From: Candidatus Latescibacterota bacterium | GTDB lineage: Bacteria > Latescibacterota > UBA2968 > GCA-2709665 | Length of the DNA stretch: 64,000 nt | Reading direction: 5' to 3' | Assembly: GCA_965205485.1 (NCBI GenBank) | Contig: OZ242180.1 | Coordinates: 4,512,001-4,576,000 of the forward strand | Shown: positions 1-10,537 of the stretch, piece by piece | Position numbering within the stretch: position 1 is the first letter of the stretch | How the letters are laid out: each line of letters begins with the position of its first letter | The notes under the pieces: generated by a model | Told to the model about the DNA's origin: nothing | The model's input: only the letters and a program-made list of their open reading frames with translations | Database searches by the model: none | Translations under genes and position numbers: made by a program

Positions 1-365
1 AACCGGCGGAATCGGGAGATCGCCCTCCGCCAGTCCTCGTCTGTCGCCTCGTCCGAACCGCAGGACCCCGCCCAGACCCGGATTCTGTCCGTACCCAGGT
101 CGGATGCGGTATCCAGTCCTTCCGCCATCTCCCGTTCGAATCCGACCGAGACCGGATTGATGTACGATCCGTACTGCGATACTTCCAGCCCTCGCTCCCG
201 GATGGCCCGGGCGATCCGCCGGTTCTCCTCCGCCTTGTACTCAACGGGCATATGATCCGGTTTTCCCCACGGCTCGACGCCGTCGAAACCGGCCCTGACG
301 GCAAGATCCAGGACGTCCTCGAACGGCCTGTCTTTAAACGCGATCGTGCACAGCGCGGTCTTCAT
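1..365 (-). CDS. Sugar phosphate isomerase/epimerase (xylose-isomerase-like TIM barrel), 3' end outside window
   Basis: Manual translation from ATG at 365: MKTALCTIAFKDRPFEDVLDLAVRAGFDGVEPWG...YGSY...IRVWAG, open to window edge; GGAGGAG RBS upstream. Confidence 0.8.
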   Translation of the reverse strand, partial: MKTALCTIAFKDRPFEDVLDLAVRAGFDGVEPWGKPDHMPVEYKAEENRRIARAIRERGLEVSQYGSYINPVSVGFEREMAEGLDTASDLGTDRIRVWAGSCGSDEATDEDWRRAISRFRR

Positions 366-391
366 CGCCCCGTCTCCTCCGAAATGGACCC

Positions 392-420
392 ATAATACCC
401 CGACCTCGATCCGATGTCAA
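392..420 (-). promoter_or_regulatory. sigma70-type promoter TTGACA-17-TATTAT
   Basis: Reverse complement of 392-420, just upstream of the gene starting at 365. Confidence 0.65.
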
Positions 421-510
421 ACCGTATGACGGCATGCCGATGCGATTCGATCGACCGGCCGGCCGGAAAAGAAACAGGGACTACTTCGCCTGCGTGAATA
501 AACGATCCGG

Positions 511-539
511 TTGACAGAACCCCTGACCTTTTTTAATTT
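511..539 (+). promoter_or_regulatory. sigma70-type promoter TTGACA-17-TAATTT
   Basis: Direct match upstream of CDS at 654. Confidence 0.55.
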
Positions 540-653
540 AGCCGGACGCAGTGGAGTCCGGTTTCCGGACCCGATTTGCCCTCAATTTCGCGAAGGATGC
601 GGAAAGACGAGAATCCTGATCAACTGTTACTGTCGATTTCCGGAAGGAAGTAA

Positions 654-1493
654 ATGGACCGTTTCAAATTCGGAATTCTGGAAGATGTAATTCAGTCGAA
701 CTGGGTGAATGTGTTCCCACGAGCGAAGGCGCTCGGTTACGACGGCGTTGAGCTGGGCGTTCGGGCAGGCACCTACCGCGCCTCCGACCTCTGGAACGAT
801 GAGGGCATCGACGCGCTGGGACAGCGCGCTGAATCGGCCGGCGTTCCTGTCTTCTCCGTGTGTCTTCACACGTTCTGGCATTTCACCTTTGCCGACCCGG
901 ACGTGGCGAATCGATTCATGGCCAAACAGATCGTCTTCCAGGCCATTCACGCCTGCAACGTCCTGGGCATCGGGACCATACTCATTCCGGTCACGAATCC
1001 GCTGGGATTGCCCCCGCGCGAGGCCGCCCATCGCTGGGCATACGAAACACGCGCCGTTGCCTCACAGGCGGCCGTCCAGGGCGTCCGCATCGGCCTGGAG
1101 AACGTGGGTCGCAGCCACGTCGTGACCGGTGAACAGATGATGGAGTTGATCGATGCGGTGGACAATCCGTACGTTGGGGCCTACTTCGACGTTGGCAACG
1201 CGCAGATGCTGGGCAGCAACTCCGTCGCGGATATCCGCTGCCTGGGAGACCGGATTGTACAGGTCCACATCAAAGACCCGCGAACAGACCGGGCTCCGTG
1301 TTACGTGGGCGAGGGCGAAATCGACCTGGAAGGCTGCCTGAAGGCGTTGATTGACGTGGAATACGCCGGCCCGCTCGTGTTTGAGACGCCATCTATGGAC
1401 GACGCGCTGTCAACCGCGGAACGTAACCTGCGAACCCTGAAATCCCTCGTCGAATCGGCCGCCGGGGAACCGAACGGCAACGCGAATTCGTGA
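654..1493 (+). CDS. Sugar phosphate isomerase/epimerase family (AP_endonuc_2 TIM barrel)
   Basis: GYDGVEL, LEN, FDVGN, VHIKD, GEGEID, VFE motifs. Confidence 0.85.
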   Translation: MDRFKFGILEDVIQSNWVNVFPRAKALGYDGVELGVRAGTYRASDLWNDEGIDALGQRAESAGVPVFSVCLHTFWHFTFADPDVANRFMAKQIVFQAIHACNVLGIGTILIPVTNPLGLPPREAAHRWAYETRAVASQAAVQGVRIGLENVGRSHVVTGEQMMELIDAVDNPYVGAYFDVGNAQMLGSNSVADIRCLGDRIVQVHIKDPRTDRAPCYVGEGEIDLEGCLKALIDVEYAGPLVFETPSMDDALSTAERNLRTLKSLVESAAGEPNGNANS

Positions 1494-1537
1494 ACGCGCG
1501 CTGGAATTCAATCCGCGGGAATTATTCTTCCGCTCGT

Positions 1538-2305
1538 CTACGTTTTCGGTTTCCGTTTCCCGAACGCGTAAGCCAGTCCGTGCAGCACAAGATCGGGTTC
1601 GGAATCGTGCGTCGATTTGAGAAAGGGCGAAAGGACGTGCGCGTCCCCGCCGGTGAGGACGACCCTCGGCGACCGGTCCGCTGCGTCGCTCAGCTCTTCC
1701 ACCACCCTGTCCACGGCGCCTGCCGCACCGAACAACACACCCGCCCGTATACACTCCCGCGTGTCCCGTCCCACCGCAGATGCAGGCGCCTCGAGGTTGA
1801 CTTCCGGCAGCAGACTGGTCTCCGATGACAGCGCGTTCGCCATCGCCTTCAGCCCCGGCGAGATCGTGCCGCCCATAAAACATCCTGCGGAGGAAACCAG
1901 GTCGACGGTAAGGGCCGTCCCGGCGTCAACGACAATGACGGCGCCGCGGACCCGCCTGAACGCGGCCCCCGCAGCCAGAAGCCGGTCGACGCCCACCGCC
2001 TCGGGCTTCTCCACGGCGACGTCGATCCCGGGATCGGTCCGGGGATCGGCCTCGATCAGGTCGCAACCCGCCACCGACCGGACGGCCCTGCCCATCACAT
2101 CCGTCATACCTCTTACCACCGACGACGCAATGGCGCCTCCCAACTCGGTGGCCCCTATGCCCGCGCGTTCCAGTACATTGCCGAGGCGCGTTGCGTATAC
2201 AGCGCTCGCAAGCTCCGTGTCCATGCGCCAGCGAGTCCGCAGTTCCTCGCCGTCGAACACGGCGCAGCCGATGCTGGAATTCCCGATGTCAAATACAAGA
2301 AACAT
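1538..2305 (-). CDS. coaX: Type III pantothenate kinase
   Basis: DIGNS, SSVV, GVDR, VVDAGTALTVD, GGTISPG, TGGD, LVLHGL motifs. Confidence 0.95.
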   Translation of the reverse strand: MFLVFDIGNSSIGCAVFDGEELRTRWRMDTELASAVYATRLGNVLERAGIGATELGGAIASSVVRGMTDVMGRAVRSVAGCDLIEADPRTDPGIDVAVEKPEAVGVDRLLAAGAAFRRVRGAVIVVDAGTALTVDLVSSAGCFMGGTISPGLKAMANALSSETSLLPEVNLEAPASAVGRDTRECIRAGVLFGAAGAVDRVVEELSDAADRSPRVVLTGGDAHVLSPFLKSTHDSEPDLVLHGLAYAFGKRKPKT

Positions 2306-2369
2306 TCAGGTTTGGCGTGCTGTCCGAAAACCGCGGACCCACAATCAAGGCCCCGTCAGTGAAGGAACG

Positions 2370-3404
2370 CTAAACACTCGTATCGCCTCCAACGTCCCCG
2401 GCCACGACCCTCCTGACCCCGCCGTCCGCACCGCGCACCAGCAACCCGCCATCGGTTCCGACGTCCTCCGCCACACCCCGGACAGGGCCTTCATGCGTCA
2501 TGATGCAAACCCTTTTGCCCGGCATCCGGGCTTTACGCTTCCACAGTTTCCTTATTCTTTCCGCATCGAGCACCGCGTAAACCTGTTCCAGCGCCCGCAA
2601 CGCTTCGGCCAGAAACGCCGTCCGGTCATGCATCCGGCCCGTGCCGCACCGGAGGGAGGTCGCGGTATCCTGCAGACCCGCGGGAAAGTCGTCTTCTTCC
2701 TGATTGACGTTGATCCCGATTCCGAGAACGGCGAAGTCCAGTCTGCCGTCTCCGCCACGCACCTCGGTAAGGATGCCCGCCAGCTTGCGATCGTTCAGGT
2801 ACAGGTCGTTCGGCCACCTGACGTCCGGGCATACTCCGGTTGCAGCCTCAACGGCGTCGGCGAGAGCGACGGCCGCGCCGAGGGTAAGCATCCAGGCGCG
2901 TGACACCGTCAAATCGTAACGGAGTATCAGCGAGAACCAGAGCCCCACGCCGGGCGGCGAAAACCAGCTTCTGCCCAGGCGCCCCCGACCGGCCCTTTGA
3001 TGTTCCGCAAGCACCACGGTTCCGTGCGCCGCGCCGGCCAGAGCGGCCCGGGTCGCCAGGGCATTGGTCGAATCCAGCTCCAGGAAGCAGACGGGCGACC
3101 GGCCCAGGAAACGGGTGCCGAGTCCATCCAGAAGGCGGCTCCGGACGATCACGTCGGTATCGGTGGCCAGGCGAACGCCCGCTTCGGGACAATCCGAAAC
3201 AGAATAACCCAGACGACGTATCACCTCTACCGCGTCGCGCACGTCGTCGGGACCGCACGAGAGCGCAAAGGCAATATCCCGAACAGGAACTGGCGTTGTC
3301 CGCTGTTTGCCAAGCGTCTCGAGAACCCGATACGCGATCGGCGTTTCAGCGCTACCCGTGAAGCCTGTAGACCCCGTCGTGAAATACGCCCGTTTCGCGC
3401 TCAT
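2370..3404 (-). CDS. birA: Biotin--[acetyl-CoA carboxylase] ligase with N-terminal HTH
   Basis: DSTN, AEHQRAGRGRLGRSW, WPND, KLAGILTE, GIGINV motifs. Confidence 0.93.
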   Translation of the reverse strand: MSAKRAYFTTGSTGFTGSAETPIAYRVLETLGKQRTTPVPVRDIAFALSCGPDDVRDAVEVIRRLGYSVSDCPEAGVRLATDTDVIVRSRLLDGLGTRFLGRSPVCFLELDSTNALATRAALAGAAHGTVVLAEHQRAGRGRLGRSWFSPPGVGLWFSLILRYDLTVSRAWMLTLGAAVALADAVEAATGVCPDVRWPNDLYLNDRKLAGILTEVRGGDGRLDFAVLGIGINVNQEEDDFPAGLQDTATSLRCGTGRMHDRTAFLAEALRALEQVYAVLDAERIRKLWKRKARMPGKRVCIMTHEGPVRGVAEDVGTDGGLLVRGADGGVRRVVAGDVGGDTSV

Positions 3405-4267
3405 TGGAACAGCAGGCTCATATCCATGGCGTACGCCGAGTGCGTCAATGCGCCAACCGAAATCAGGTCCACGCCGGTCTCGGCAACGGTGCGAACGGTC
3501 TTGAGGGTGACGTTTCCGGATGCTTCGAGTTGCGGCCTTTCCGGCCCGGCGGCCCTCACCCGCGCCACCGCGAGGCGAATCGTGCCCGGATCCATGTTGT
3601 CCAGCATCACCCGGTCCACGCCCGCGGCCAGCGCGTCGTCCAGTTCGCGAAGGGTCTTCACTTCCACTTCGATCATCACCCGCTTGCGGTCCCTGGCCAT
3701 GGCCGACTTCACCGCCGCCACCGCCGGTCCGATGCCGTCGGCCGCTTCGATGTGGTTTTCCTTCAGCAGCACCATATCATGCAGGCCGGAACGGTGGTTC
3801 GTTCCTCCCCCGGCGGCGACCGCATATTTGTCCAGTATCCGCAGCCCCGGCGACGTCTTCCGTGTGTCAAGAATCCTGACGCCCGTACCGGCAACGGCGG
3901 CCACGAAGGCCGCCGCCAGTGTTGCGATTCCGGACATGCGCTGCAGGAAATTCAATGCCGTCCGCTCCGCCGTCAGGATGCCGCGCGCGGGGCCCGCGAC
4001 CTCCGCCAGCACATCCTCCGCGTCGACGCGCGCGCCATCCTCCGTTCGAGGCGTCACCTGTATTCGAGCGTCGACCCTGTGAAATACCCGTCCGGCAACC
4101 GCCAGACCCGCGATCACACCCGCTTCCCTGGCAACAACGACGGCTCGCGCCCGCGCGTTCGGGCGGACGGTCCATGCGGTTGAAATATCGCCGTCGCCCA
4201 CGTCTTCCACAATCGCGGCGTCGACCACGCGGTCGAGGCCATGCCACTCCGTCAAGTTCCGCATCAC
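3401..4267 (-). CDS. nadC: Nicotinate-nucleotide diphosphorylase (carboxylating)
   Basis: ERTALNFLQRMSGIAT, DTRKTSPG, KENH, MLDNM, EASGN, ISVGALTHS. Confidence 0.96.
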   Translation of the reverse strand: MMRNLTEWHGLDRVVDAAIVEDVGDGDISTAWTVRPNARARAVVVAREAGVIAGLAVAGRVFHRVDARIQVTPRTEDGARVDAEDVLAEVAGPARGILTAERTALNFLQRMSGIATLAAAFVAAVAGTGVRILDTRKTSPGLRILDKYAVAAGGGTNHRSGLHDMVLLKENHIEAADGIGPAVAAVKSAMARDRKRVMIEVEVKTLRELDDALAAGVDRVMLDNMDPGTIRLAVARVRAAGPERPQLEASGNVTLKTVRTVAETGVDLISVGALTHSAYAMDMSLLFQ

Positions 4268-4282
4268 TGTCCGTCTTTCCGA

Positions 4283-6292
4283 CTACGCGGCGTCGTCCGA
4301 GACCCCCGTCATGCCCGACTTCAGCTGGTTGATCCGGTCCCTGTATTCGGCCGCCCGCTCGAACGCCAGTTCCGCCGCTGCCCTGGCCATCTTGTCTTCG
4401 AGTTCTGCAATCCTGTCCGGTATATTGGCGCCGGCCTCGTACGCGGACAACTCCTCCGCCGCAGCAGGCATCTCGTCCTGTCCGGCATCCGCGACGGCCG
4501 TCGTCTGCAGGATCTCATCCCGGCTCTTGTAGACCGTCTCGGGCACAACACCCAGCCTCTCGTTGTATGCCTGCTGCACCTGACGCCTGCGGTCGGTCTC
4601 GTCGATTGCCCGCCGGATGGAGTCCGTCACTTCGTCCGCGTACAATATGACCCGGCCGGCCAGATTCCTGGCCGCGCGCCCCGCCGTCTGAATCAGCGAA
4701 CGCGTCGAGCGCAGGAAGCCCTCTTTATCCGCGTCCAGGATCGCGACAAGGGACACTTCCGGCAGGTCCAGTCCTTCGCGCAGCAGATTCACACCCACCA
4801 GAACGTCGAACTCGCCAAGACGCAGCGCCCTGATGATATCGACACGTTCCAATGAGTCGATTTCCGAATGCATATAGCGCGCGCGTATACCCAGATCCCG
4901 CATGTATTCGGCCAGGTCCTCGGACATTCTCTTGGTCAGCGCGGTGACCAGCACACGTTCCCTTCGGTCCACACGCTCGCGGACCTCGTCGATCAGATCG
5001 TCAACCTGACCGCGCACGGGACGCACCAGCATCTCCGGATCCAGAATCCCGGTCGGACGAATGATCTGTTCGACCACAATTCCCTTGGTCATTTCCAGTT
5101 CATAGTCCGCGGGCGTAGCGGACATGAAGATCGCCGCATTGACCTTGCCTTCGAATTCATCGAAATAGAGCGGACGGTTGTCCAGAGCGGCGGGCAGCCG
5201 GAACCCGTGTTCCACCAGTGTCGTCTTCCGTGACCGGTCGGCGTTCCACATTCCGCGGATCTGCGGCAGCGTCACGTGCGACTCGTCGATGACGATCAGG
5301 AACTCCTCCGGGAAATAGTCCAGCAGCACGTGGGGCGGCTGGCCTGGCGCCCTGCCGTCGATGTATCTTGAGTAATTCTCGATTCCGGCGCAGTAGCCGA
5401 TCTCCCGCATCATTTCGATATCGTACCGCGTCCGGGTCTCCAGTCGTTGGGCTTCAAGCAGTTTTCCCTGGCTCTTGAACGCCTCCAGCTGTGCGGCCAT
5501 GTCGATTTCGATCTGCCCGATGGCCTGCTCGATCCGCTGTCCGCTGGTCACGAAGTGCCGTGCCGGATAGATCGCGGCCCGTTCTCGCGAATCCAGCACC
5601 TCCCCGGTCACGGGCCGCACCAGACTGATGGCGTCCACCTCGTCTCCGAAGAATTCCACGCGAACCGGATCGTCCCGGTCGGGTCGATAGATCTCCACCA
5701 CGTCGCCGCGCACGCGAAACGTCCCGGGTCCGAAATCCACGTCGTTTCGCGTATAGTGTATGTCCACCAGCCGGCGAAGCAGTTCGTCCCGGTCCACCCT
5801 GTCCCCCCGGTCGATCATGACGTGCATGCCCTCGTACTCTTCGGGATTGCCGATTCCGTAAATGCAGGATACGCTGGCCACGATGATCACGTCCTGACGC
5901 TCCATCAGCGCACTCGTCGCCCGGAGGCGAAGCCGGTTGATCTCATCGTTGATGTCGGCTTCCTTTTCGATGAACGTATCCGTCACCGGCTTGTACGCCT
6001 CGGGCTGATAGTAGTCGTAGTAGGATATGAAATACTCTACCGCGTTGTCCGGGAAAAACGTCTTGAATTCGCCATACAGCTGAGCCGCCAGCGTCTTGTT
6101 GTGCGAGATAACGAGGGTAGGCGTCTGTATCGCCTCGATGACTTTCGAGATCGTATACGTCTTGCCCGTTCCGGTCGCCCCCAAAAGGGTCTGAAACCGG
6201 TCGCCTCTCCGGATGCCCTCGCTCAATTCAGCGATCGCCTCAGGCTGGTCGCCCGCCGGCTCAAACGGCGCCTTTACCCGAAATCTCTTCAC
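4283..6292 (-). CDS. uvrB: Excinuclease ABC subunit B
   Basis: [45 protein letters not shown]-terminal UVR domain. Confidence 0.98.
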   Translation of the reverse strand: MKRFRVKAPFEPAGDQPEAIAELSEGIRRGDRFQTLLGATGTGKTYTISKVIEAIQTPTLVISHNKTLAAQLYGEFKTFFPDNAVEYFISYYDYYQPEAYKPVTDTFIEKEADINDEINRLRLRATSALMERQDVIIVASVSCIYGIGNPEEYEGMHVMIDRGDRVDRDELLRRLVDIHYTRNDVDFGPGTFRVRGDVVEIYRPDRDDPVRVEFFGDEVDAISLVRPVTGEVLDSRERAAIYPARHFVTSGQRIEQAIGQIEIDMAAQLEAFKSQGKLLEAQRLETRTRYDIEMMREIGYCAGIENYSRYIDGRAPGQPPHVLLDYFPEEFLIVIDESHVTLPQIRGMWNADRSRKTTLVEHGFRLPAALDNRPLYFDEFEGKVNAAIFMSATPADYELEMTKGIVVEQIIRPTGILDPEMLVRPVRGQVDDLIDEVRERVDRRERVLVTALTKRMSEDLAEYMRDLGIRARYMHSEIDSLERVDIIRALRLGEFDVLVGVNLLREGLDLPEVSLVAILDADKEGFLRSTRSLIQTAGRAARNLAGRVILYADEVTDSIRRAIDETDRRRQVQQAYNERLGVVPETVYKSRDEILQTTAVADAGQDEMPAAAEELSAYEAGANIPDRIAELEDKMARAAAELAFERAAEYRDRINQLKSGMTGVSDDAA

Positions 6293-6345
6293 TTTCCGCC
6301 TCGTATCACGTTTCCAACCGGAAAACAGTGACCAAATATATGGAA

Positions 6346-6386
6346 AATGTAGACATGGTTCGTCTCAAAAGCAAGAACTATGGTGC
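6346..6386 (-). promoter_or_regulatory. Candidate uvrB promoter (TTGCTT-17-TACATT) with adjacent GAAC-N4-GTGC LexA-like box
   Basis: -35 at 6374-6369, -10 at 6351-6346; GAACTATGGTGC at 6375-6386. Confidence 0.35.
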
Positions 6387-6622
6387 GAATCTCGTTCCCG
6401 CCAGGATTGACATCGGCCTGGCTGTTCTGCGAGCCGGATCGACCAAAGCCGGCCGACAATCCCCGTCCCGGCCATGAAAATACAGGGAATTCGCGCTTAT
6501 TGTACTTTTATTTCTTGTTCAAACTGGTTAAATTTCTTTGCACAGACGCACGGCCGGGCGCATGGAACGCGCTCGACGGCGTCGCCTGAGGATTCGGGAT
6601 ACCTTCATTGGACCTGTTGCAA

Positions 6623-7792
6623 ATGAAGCCTCACCGTCAACTGGCATTTCCGTTCGTTATTGCCGGCGCCCTCGCCGCTTGCGGCGGCCAGGCGCCCCCC
6701 GCACCCGTCCCACCCCCGGAAACAGTTGGCGAAGCGGGCAGGACGTCGCAGCTGCCATCCAGGAATTTTCTGGACGTCTCGCGATTTCCCATGAACCGTC
6801 TGATCAGCGGCGGCGTTTCCAAAGACGGCATCCCGGCGCTGACCGATCCGGAGTTTGTCCGCGCGGGTTCGGCCAACGCCGCCTATCTTCTGGACGAGGA
6901 CCTGGTACTCGGAGTCACCCTCAACGGCATCGCCAGGGCCTACCCGCACAATATCGGCTGGCACCATGAAATCGTCAACGACGCCGCGAGCGACCGTCAC
7001 CTTGTTGTCACTTTGTGCCCGCTGACCGGAACCGGGATGGTCTTCGACGGCCAGGGCGAGGGCAACGGACGGCTGGAACTCGGGGTCTCCGGCCTGCTGT
7101 TCAACAACAATCTCGTGATGTACGACCGCCGCTTTGAAGACACCCTTTACCCCCAGATGACCCATATCGGCATCAGGGGATACGGAACCGAACAGGAACT
7201 CACGTTGATGCCCGTGGTTGAAACCACCTGGGGCAACTGGAAGAGACTTCACCCCGGCACGCTGGTCGTCAGTTCGGGCTCCACGGGCATGTACCGCCCG
7301 GAGCGGTATTCAACGTACCCCTACACGGGCTACCGCGAGCCGGCGTCGGCACCCATGTTTCCCCTGTTTCCGGATCCGGACGACAATCCCATCCTTTTCG
7401 ATCACCCTCCGAAGGAGATCGTGCTGGGCGTTCGATTCGGAAACGTTGCCAAGGCCTATCCCTTTTCGCAAATGGGCGACGACCGGGCCGTAATCAACGA
7501 TCGGATCGCAGACCAGAACGTCCTCGTCGTTTACGACGCCGCGGCGCGGATGGCACTGCCCTTCAGTCGGGATCTGGGCAATCGGACACTGACGTTCGAG
7601 CGCGCGCCTTCTACGGATCGGCGGTTTTCCTTTATGTTGAAGGACCGGGAAACCGGCAGCATCTGGAACCTGCTGGGCCGGGCGCTGGCAGGCGAACTCA
7701 GGGACAGCCAACTCTATCAGATCCCCGCGCACAATGCATTCTGGTTCGCCTGGGCCACCTTCTGGCAGGACACCGCGGTTTACGAGCCCTGA
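6623..7792 (+). CDS. DUF3179 family lipoprotein
   Basis: GGVSKDGIPAL.DP.F, ARAYP...HEIVND, CPLTGT, GVSGLL.NNNLVMYDR, FWFAW motifs; lipobox LAAC; ATG at 6623 preferred over TTG 6608. Confidence 0.85.
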   Translation: MKPHRQLAFPFVIAGALAACGGQAPPAPVPPPETVGEAGRTSQLPSRNFLDVSRFPMNRLISGGVSKDGIPALTDPEFVRAGSANAAYLLDEDLVLGVTLNGIARAYPHNIGWHHEIVNDAASDRHLVVTLCPLTGTGMVFDGQGEGNGRLELGVSGLLFNNNLVMYDRRFEDTLYPQMTHIGIRGYGTEQELTLMPVVETTWGNWKRLHPGTLVVSSGSTGMYRPERYSTYPYTGYREPASAPMFPLFPDPDDNPILFDHPPKEIVLGVRFGNVAKAYPFSQMGDDRAVINDRIADQNVLVVYDAAARMALPFSRDLGNRTLTFERAPSTDRRFSFMLKDRETGSIWNLLGRALAGELRDSQLYQIPAHNAFWFAWATFWQDTAVYEP

Positions 7793-7911
7793 CGGCAGCG
7801 CGAGGGATACACGAAACACCGAATCCGAACGGAATCGCTATCGGGTGTTTCTGAATCGCCATGAACGATGACGCGGTTCACGTGTCCTGATGACGAACCG
7901 TGGTACGTTAC

Positions 7912-8886
7912 ATGAAGAAAATGCTTTTCAGGTCCGGCGCGATCGCACTGCTCGCGGCCTTCGCCTGCCAGATTCCTGAAGACGTTAATGCAGGCGCATG
8001 GACGCTTCCCGGGAAACACATATGGTGCAAGGTTGCCGTCCTGGGCCAGACGACACACGAAGAATACGTCGGCGCGTCGGGATCGGGAAGAGGGCCGGAT
8101 CCCGCAAGGGTCTACAACGCCGGAAACCGCGCCCCGTACCGGTTTAACGGCAGGTATCGTTCCCGCGCCCTGTTCTTCGATCTGTTCTACGGCGCGACCG
8201 ACAGGATCGACGTCGGCATCCAGTTGCCCTTCTTCCGACAGGAGTATCAGGACACACCGCTCCTCACCGGTTTTGGAGAACCGCGGCGGGCGACCGGTTT
8301 CGGAGACATTCGCGGATTCCTCAAGGTCAACCTGTTCAACCTGCGCACCCTGGGCACGTTGAAGTTGGGTTTCAAGGCCCCTTCCGGCGAATTTGTCAAC
8401 GAAGACGGTCTGGTTCCGGTTGGAGAGGGACAGTGGGACTTCGACGCCGCCTTTCAACTGGGCAGGTCCTTCTGGCCCATGCCCGTCTATGCCAACGCCG
8501 ATATCGGCTACAGGCTGCGCTTGAGGAACGCAGAGACCGACCGGGATCCCGGAAACGAGTGGACCTACCTCGCGGAAGCCGGCGTACGGGTGCGTCGTAC
8601 GGCGATGATCGGCGTCAAGGTCCACGGTATCCGGGGCAAGGCCGCTGCCGTCTTCGGCGCCAGAATCCAGTCGGACATCAAGAGGATCAGCTATGTTTCG
8701 CCGTGGATCAGCCTGGGGCCATTCCGCGGGTTTACGCTGGAAACAGCAATGAACATTTCGGTCCACGGCCGCAACTATCCGGCCGGCTGGATGGCCGTGG
8801 TCGGCCTCTCCTATCAGGGTAATGTGTTTCCACGGGACATCGAGTCCGGCGTTAGACGAACGGTTCGATTGAGAGGTGTGAGATGA
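7912..8886 (+). CDS. Exported putative outer-membrane beta-barrel ('transporter' / MetA-pathway-like) protein
   Basis: Signal peptide, AWTLP start of mature chain, YGATDRIDVGIQLPF and TGFGDI motifs, amphipathic strands. Confidence 0.55.
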   Translation: MKKMLFRSGAIALLAAFACQIPEDVNAGAWTLPGKHIWCKVAVLGQTTHEEYVGASGSGRGPDPARVYNAGNRAPYRFNGRYRSRALFFDLFYGATDRIDVGIQLPFFRQEYQDTPLLTGFGEPRRATGFGDIRGFLKVNLFNLRTLGTLKLGFKAPSGEFVNEDGLVPVGEGQWDFDAAFQLGRSFWPMPVYANADIGYRLRLRNAETDRDPGNEWTYLAEAGVRVRRTAMIGVKVHGIRGKAAAVFGARIQSDIKRISYVSPWISLGPFRGFTLETAMNISVHGRNYPAGWMAVVGLSYQGNVFPRDIESGVRRTVRLRGVR

Positions 8887-9647
8887 ACCTGTCCGAGACG
8901 CAGGTGGATCAGTTTCGGGAAGATGGTGTGCTTGTGGTGGAGGACCTGCTCGACGCCGATGAAGTCGAGGCGGTTCTCGCAAGGGCCGAATGGGTTGCCA
9001 GCGGGCGGGCCCGCCACATTCCCGCGAGACTGTTGCAACTGGAGCCCGACGTGAACGCGGGAAAGGCGGCGGCCGGCGCCTTTGCGGACTACTTGAGGAA
9101 GATGAGCCATCTCGCGTTCTTCGACGGCGTATTCGAGTCCCACGCACGCAATCCGAAGATATTGGACGTGATCGAGTCCCTGCTCGGTCCCGACCTCAAG
9201 CTCTATCAGGACCAGTGGTTTATGAAGCCGCCCAAAATTGGCTCCCGGCAACCGTACCACCAGGATATGCCGCTTGGATTCCACATCGACCCGCCCGATA
9301 TGGTCACCTGCTGGGCGGCGTTGAATGATGCGACGATCGAAAACGGATGCCTCTGGATGCTGCCCGGCACCCACCGGTTCGGCATCATACCCAGAGAGAA
9401 ATGGGCGGACTATGAAGAAATGTCATTGGACGGCAGACTGCCGGAAGAACGACCCATAGAATTGAAAGCCGGCAGTTGCAGCTTTCACCACGGGCTGATC
9501 CTGCACTGCAGCCGGCCGAACAGATCCGATCTGCGCCGGCGGGGCTATGCCACGCACTATGTCAGCGCAAGGTGCCGCTACACAGGCCCGGCTGAAGATA
9601 ACGACGCCATGCTGGTCAGAGGCGAATCCGTTTCGGGTTGTATCTGA
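8883..9647 (+). CDS. Phytanoyl-CoA dioxygenase (PhyH) family Fe(II)/2OG oxygenase
   Basis: FREDG.LVV, KPP, HQD, W.AL.DAT.ENGCL..LPGTH, H.S..N.S...RR. Confidence 0.9.
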   Translation: MNLSETQVDQFREDGVLVVEDLLDADEVEAVLARAEWVASGRARHIPARLLQLEPDVNAGKAAAGAFADYLRKMSHLAFFDGVFESHARNPKILDVIESLLGPDLKLYQDQWFMKPPKIGSRQPYHQDMPLGFHIDPPDMVTCWAALNDATIENGCLWMLPGTHRFGIIPREKWADYEEMSLDGRLPEERPIELKAGSCSFHHGLILHCSRPNRSDLRRRGYATHYVSARCRYTGPAEDNDAMLVRGESVSGCI

Positions 9648-9753
9648 AATCGCGCGAATCCGGCGGCGGCAACGGCGGGCCGATCGCCGGCATAATAATC
9701 AGAAGGTCAGGTCGTCCGTCAATCGGTCGACGCTTAACGAAAGGAAGCGCGCC

Positions 9754-10380
9754 ATGAAAATCGCAATTGTATTCCTGACTGTTGCGGCGTCGATATGGGG
9801 AACGCCGGCGCAGGCGGACATTTTTCCGGGAGAAGAACCGGAAGAAGAAGCAGGAGCAACGCTGAGTCCCATTCGGGCGGGGCGTCTGGAAATCATCCCG
9901 ATACTGTCGGCTGGCATTAACGACGGTGGTGAAGTCTTCTATCGGGGCGGCGTGTCGGTTGGGTATGCATTGAGCCGCCTGCACCAGATCGGCGGTTCCT
10001 TCGTGGTGGGCAACCGGGCATACGATCGCTTTGGCGAACGGACGGGAGCTATCGAAACGCCGGTCACGCCCGTGCAGACCACGGCCGGATATCCTGTTTC
10101 GTCCGAAGACGGATTCGGCTCCTCGCTGTCCGGATTCTACAGGCTCAACCTTCCGCTGAGAGTGGACAGGCGCACATCCCCGTTCCTCGAGGTGTTCGCC
10201 GCCAGAGATTACTGGGGGTGGGCCGGCGTAAGCGAAGTGGGCGGAGGCATAGGATTCAGGAGATCAATGTCCAACCGGACGGCGCTCACCACCCGTTACG
10301 CTTACGTCGCGCTGTTCAACGACGGCGAGCGCCGGAACCGCCACGTCGCGACCATCGGGGTCTCGATGTTCTTCAGGTAG
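9754..10380 (+). CDS. Outer-membrane beta-barrel protein (hypothetical)
   Basis: AAGGAAG RBS, signal peptide ending AQA, alternating strands, C-terminal GVSMFFR. Confidence 0.6.
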   Translation: MKIAIVFLTVAASIWGTPAQADIFPGEEPEEEAGATLSPIRAGRLEIIPILSAGINDGGEVFYRGGVSVGYALSRLHQIGGSFVVGNRAYDRFGERTGAIETPVTPVQTTAGYPVSSEDGFGSSLSGFYRLNLPLRVDRRTSPFLEVFAARDYWGWAGVSEVGGGIGFRRSMSNRTALTTRYAYVALFNDGERRNRHVATIGVSMFFR

Positions 10381-10403
10381 ACCCCGGCAGAACGAAATAC
10401 ACT

Positions 10404-10440
10404 TCGCCCGGTCCCGCGCCAGAGGGGCCGGGCGATTTGT
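10404..10440 (+). terminator. Putative intrinsic terminator
   Basis: TCGCCCGGTCCC/GGGGCCGGGCGA stem followed by TTTGT. Confidence 0.4.
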
Positions 10441-10537
10441 GGCATGAACAGGACTCCCGACGCCGGCGGATTCGTCGGCCGGCTGAAACCATTCGACCGG
10501 TACCACTGGACATCCACGCCCGGGACAGACCGTCAAG

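Noticed and set aside
7850..7900. CTGATGAC motif with hairpin, resembling a fluoride riboswitch or hammerhead core
   Set aside because: The required P1/pseudoknot or hammerhead stems could not be formed
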